Shown here: positions 60,751 through 64,000 of the stretch, piece after piece | Position numbering within the stretch: position 1 is the stretch's first letter | Layout: every line of letters starts with the position of its first letter | Assembly: GCF_037042905.1 (NCBI RefSeq) | Contig: NC_087252.1 | Span: forward strand, 9,736,001-9,800,000 | Source of the DNA: Lytechinus pictus | Lineage: Eukaryota | Reading direction: 5' to 3' | Length of the DNA stretch: 64,000 nucleotides | Translations under genes and position numbers: made by a program | Notes under the pieces: model-generated | The model's input: only the letters and a program-made list of their open reading frames with translations | Told to the model about the DNA's origin: nothing | Database searches by the model: none

Positions 60751-61999
60751 CACACAACTTCTTTACACAGAATTGATAATCTCATGGTGGAAATATCCAT
60801 TTGCACCAAAATGCCCGTTTTGAATATAAGTGCACCCAAAAAAAGGAAAATTCGTTCCGCCGCCCCTGGTTGAAACATGTTTCGTCTTCATGGCTTACTG
60901 CAAAAAATCCTTAACATGTCCCTTTTAGATCAGGTCAGAGCTTATATTTAAAATTTCTGCTCGCGCTTCTTGCTCGCAGTTGTTATTTAGATACATATAG
61001 GCATCTTGTTTTGAAGATCACAAACATATTTCCCATCATATTAACAAAAATATATAGCTCGCGCTCGCATTATTTAAAAAGGGCTTATGATATAATTACA
61101 TATTTACTTTATTTTATAAGAATAAAGCTTATTATTTCAAAGAAACCAACAAACATTGAGCTGCCGATCGGGGAAATTATGGGTGAGAAAAAATTCGCCC
61201 CCCCCCCTATTGGCGAAAGTTGGATCCGCCGGGGGAGGGGGGCAGGGGGCACTTCACCCCCAAAAGAAATAACAGGGAAATGCCATTTTTTCAAAATAAA
61301 TACTCTTTTAAAGTATACATTTTAGATTAATTTTCAGGCTGGAATATTACAATTTTTCAGCTCGCGCTTCGCACTCGCATTATTCGATTGGTGAAATATG
61401 TATCCTAAAGAGGTCCTTTCTGGTCAGTATATTTAAAATCTTGCTTTGCGCTTGTGTTAATTCTTTAGTTAGCTCATGGACCCTAGGGTCCATGGTTAGA
61501 TGCACATCTTTTTAATAATAGCAGAAACCTGCTCGGAATTTTTATTTTCATTTCTTATTGAAATGCCCTAAAGTTTGAGATTGTGATGCACGCTCGCAAC
61601 ATCTCGCAATAATGCCATTTTAACAGTAATTGACCCCAAAAATGAGTTTTATAACTTCAGCTTTGATTTTTTTTTCCAAATCTCTCGCTCCTTATGTTCT
61701 CTCGCGAAAAATAAAGCCCAAATATAATCTTTCCATAATCAGAAGTCACTTCAAAAAGGCTTTTCTCTACTCAAATACTAAAAAAAAACACAATGACCTC
61801 ACGCAGATGATAATCTCATGGTGAAAATATCACCAAAGTGCCCATTTTGACGCACGAGTGTCATTTTTGGCTTTTTCCCCCAAACGAAAATTCGTTCGGC
61901 AGCCCTTGCCTTCCCATCCTCATAACAATTGAAAATCAACGGTGTTTCACCCCCCCCCCCCCCCATCACCACACTTGCCCTTCCTCTGCTTTCCCGGTT

Positions 62000-62818
62000 T
62001 TAATTTTTCGGATTAACGAACCTTCGGAATAACGAATCTTATTTCGTTTTCGGATTAACAAACCTTCGGAACAACGAACCTTATTTCGTTTCCGGATTAA
62101 CGAACCTTCGGAACAAGGAACCTTATTTCGTTTTCGGATTAACGAACCTTCGGAACAACGAACCTTATTTCGTTTTCGGATTATCGAACCTTCGGAAAAA
62201 CGAACCTTATTTCGTTTTCGGGTTATCGAACCTTCGGAATAACGCCACAAATGTTCGGATAAACGAACCTTATTTCGTTTTGGGAGTAACGAACATCGAG
62301 GTATATGCAATTTACGTGTTTCGGAATTACGAACCTTCGGAATAAAGAACCTTCTGAATTACGAAGTGTAACCCATAACCACAGTCGCATACATTCGTAA
62401 TTCCGAAGGTTCGGATATTCCGAAGGTTCGATATTCCGAAGGTTCGTATTTCCGAAGGTTCGTTAGTCCGAAAACGAAATGAGGTTCGTAATTCCGAAGG
62501 TTCGTTAGTCCGAAAACTAAATGATTAACGAACCTTATTTCGTTTTCGGACTAACGAACCTTCGGAACAACGAACCTTATTTCGTTTTCGGATTAACGAA
62601 CCTTCGGAACATCGAACCTTATTTTGTTTTCGGAATATGGAACCTTCGGAATAACGAACCTTCGGAATAACGCCACAAATGTTCGGATTAACGAACCCTT
62701 TTACGTTTTCGGATTAACGAACATCGAGGTATAGGCAATTTACGTGTTTCGGAATTACGAACCTTCGGAATAAAGAACCTTCGGAATCACGAACCTTCGG
62801 AATTACGAAGTGTAACCG
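62000..62818. repeat. CCGAAGGTTCG repeat arrays: right arm (62000-62373) plus a compact hairpin copy (62387-62818)
   Basis: Both right ends are cgaagtgtaacc; both left ends are cgcatacac/cgcatacat (59787, 62387). Confidence 0.8.
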
Positions 62819-62895
62819 TAAACAGTCACACATTTCAGTCTTTGACTGCTTGTGATTGTATTTTGATCGTTTTTACTGCAATAAAATCCAATATA

Positions 62896-63714
62896 CAGTG
62901 CGTCCCAGAAAAAACGAAACCGAGATTAAGCGATGATTTATCATAAGTTAATCACAAATGCAATAGACAAATGACCTACCATTGTAAAGCTTAGAACCTC
63001 CTCTTTCATCTGATATCACTTAGATTATTCCTCATTCACGCATGAGTGAGCAAAAACAATTTGAAGAAAGGATACCAAAAACTAATTTGGCGAGGGGTAT
63101 CTGAATTTCAAAAAGAAAATCACATGCCTAAAAGTTCAATATCTGCTCTTTTATTTGATACCTTAATCACAAAAATTGGTCAAGAAGTAAAAAAGTTATG
63201 TTCCCTCGAAACAACGCTTGTATTTCCATAATTTCATTAAATAAACGTGTTTTCACCGGGTTCCCACAGAAGCTATCGCATGGTTAACAAAAGACTTAAT
63301 GCATGGCTGATCGTCAACAAAACGGAGTGTCGGGTGAGTTTGAACGCTAGCCTGGAGAACCTCTCCATTTTATGAAATTATTGAAATTCAAGCCCTATTG
63401 AAAATAACCAGAACTTTGTTATTTCTTGACCATTTTCGGTAATTGAGGTATGAAATTAAAGACCAGATATTGAATTTTTTTAAAATGTGGTTTTCTTTTT
63501 TAAACCTAGATACAGCCCGCCAAATTACTTTTTGGCATCCCCTTTTTAAATTGTTTTTGCTCACTCATGCGGGAATGAGAAATAATCTAAGTTATTTTAG
63601 ATGAAAGAGGAGATTCTAAGCTTTACAATGGTAGGTCATTTGTCTATTGTATTTATGATTAAGTTATGATAAATCATCGATAAATCTCGGTTTCGTTTTT
63701 TCTGGGACGCACTG
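62896..63714. mobile_element. Tc1/mariner-like non-autonomous element
   Basis: TA | CAGTGCGTCCCAGAAAAAACGAAACCGAGATT ... reverse complement | TA; TIRs of ~180 bp. Confidence 0.9.
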
Positions 63715-64000
63715 TATAACATAACTGTTTTCACAAAATATTGATAAACTTTAAAATTCAATGACTTCGTTATTTGTTATCCGATTTTGATAAAAATTTC
63801 AGCATTTTGCTTTGTAAATTTTACTCTATTTATTTAGCCTGGACCATCCCTTTAATATGGTTTATTATTACCTCTCGTCCAGTTTCACCTTATACCATAC
63901 AATCTGGAGAAAATCTATTCACAAGAACATTTTTTTCTGTGTATAATTTTATAATAAAAAAATGATGGTCTATGCACTCATTACCCAAAACTTCACAACC

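Larger units (their letters stand above)
58968..63851. mobile_element. Kolobok-like element apparently split by nested insertions (ends 58968-~59440 and ~63717-63851)
   Basis: TTAA|AGGGATTTTCGAGGCT ... AGCCTGGACCATCCCT|TTAA; subterminal sequences are inverted complements (atagagtaaaatt / aattttactctat). Confidence 0.6.

Noticed and set aside
61966..62310. Repetitive ORF SEGSLIRKRNKVR
   Set aside because: Translation of the CCGAAGGTTCG minisatellite.

Overview
AT-rich, repeat-dense animal genomic DNA with GT-AG spliceosomal introns. The repeat types suggest a marine invertebrate, probably a sea urchin (inference). Three host genes can be reconstructed by hand: the 5' part of MRPL39 (minus strand, runs off the left edge); a complete 10-exon CFAP45/CCDC19 CDS (plus, 544 aa), divergent from MRPL39; and a 4-exon EURL/C21orf91 homolog (minus, 380 aa), convergent with CFAP45. 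An intact BEL/Pao LTR retrotransposon (1170-bp LTRs, 5-bp TSD, 1739-aa ORF) sits in an EURL intron. The remainder is MITEs and other non-autonomous DNA transposons (Harbinger-, hAT-, Kolobok- and Tc1-like, plus unclassified), tRNA-derived SINEs, a decayed CR1/L2 LINE and a ~19-copy 201-bp satellite. Most unusual observations: (1) a repeat-spacer-like array at 43973-45239, where three TA-terminated elements are separated by four identical copies of the 9-bp target GTTCGTGGG; (2) a terminal architecture shared by two unrelated 9-bp-TSD foldback elements; (3) a 26-nt piece of a nearby transposon present in three satellite units; (4) ~113-127-bp tandem duplications that copy exon boundaries. All gene identities come from recalled motifs; no database search was run.
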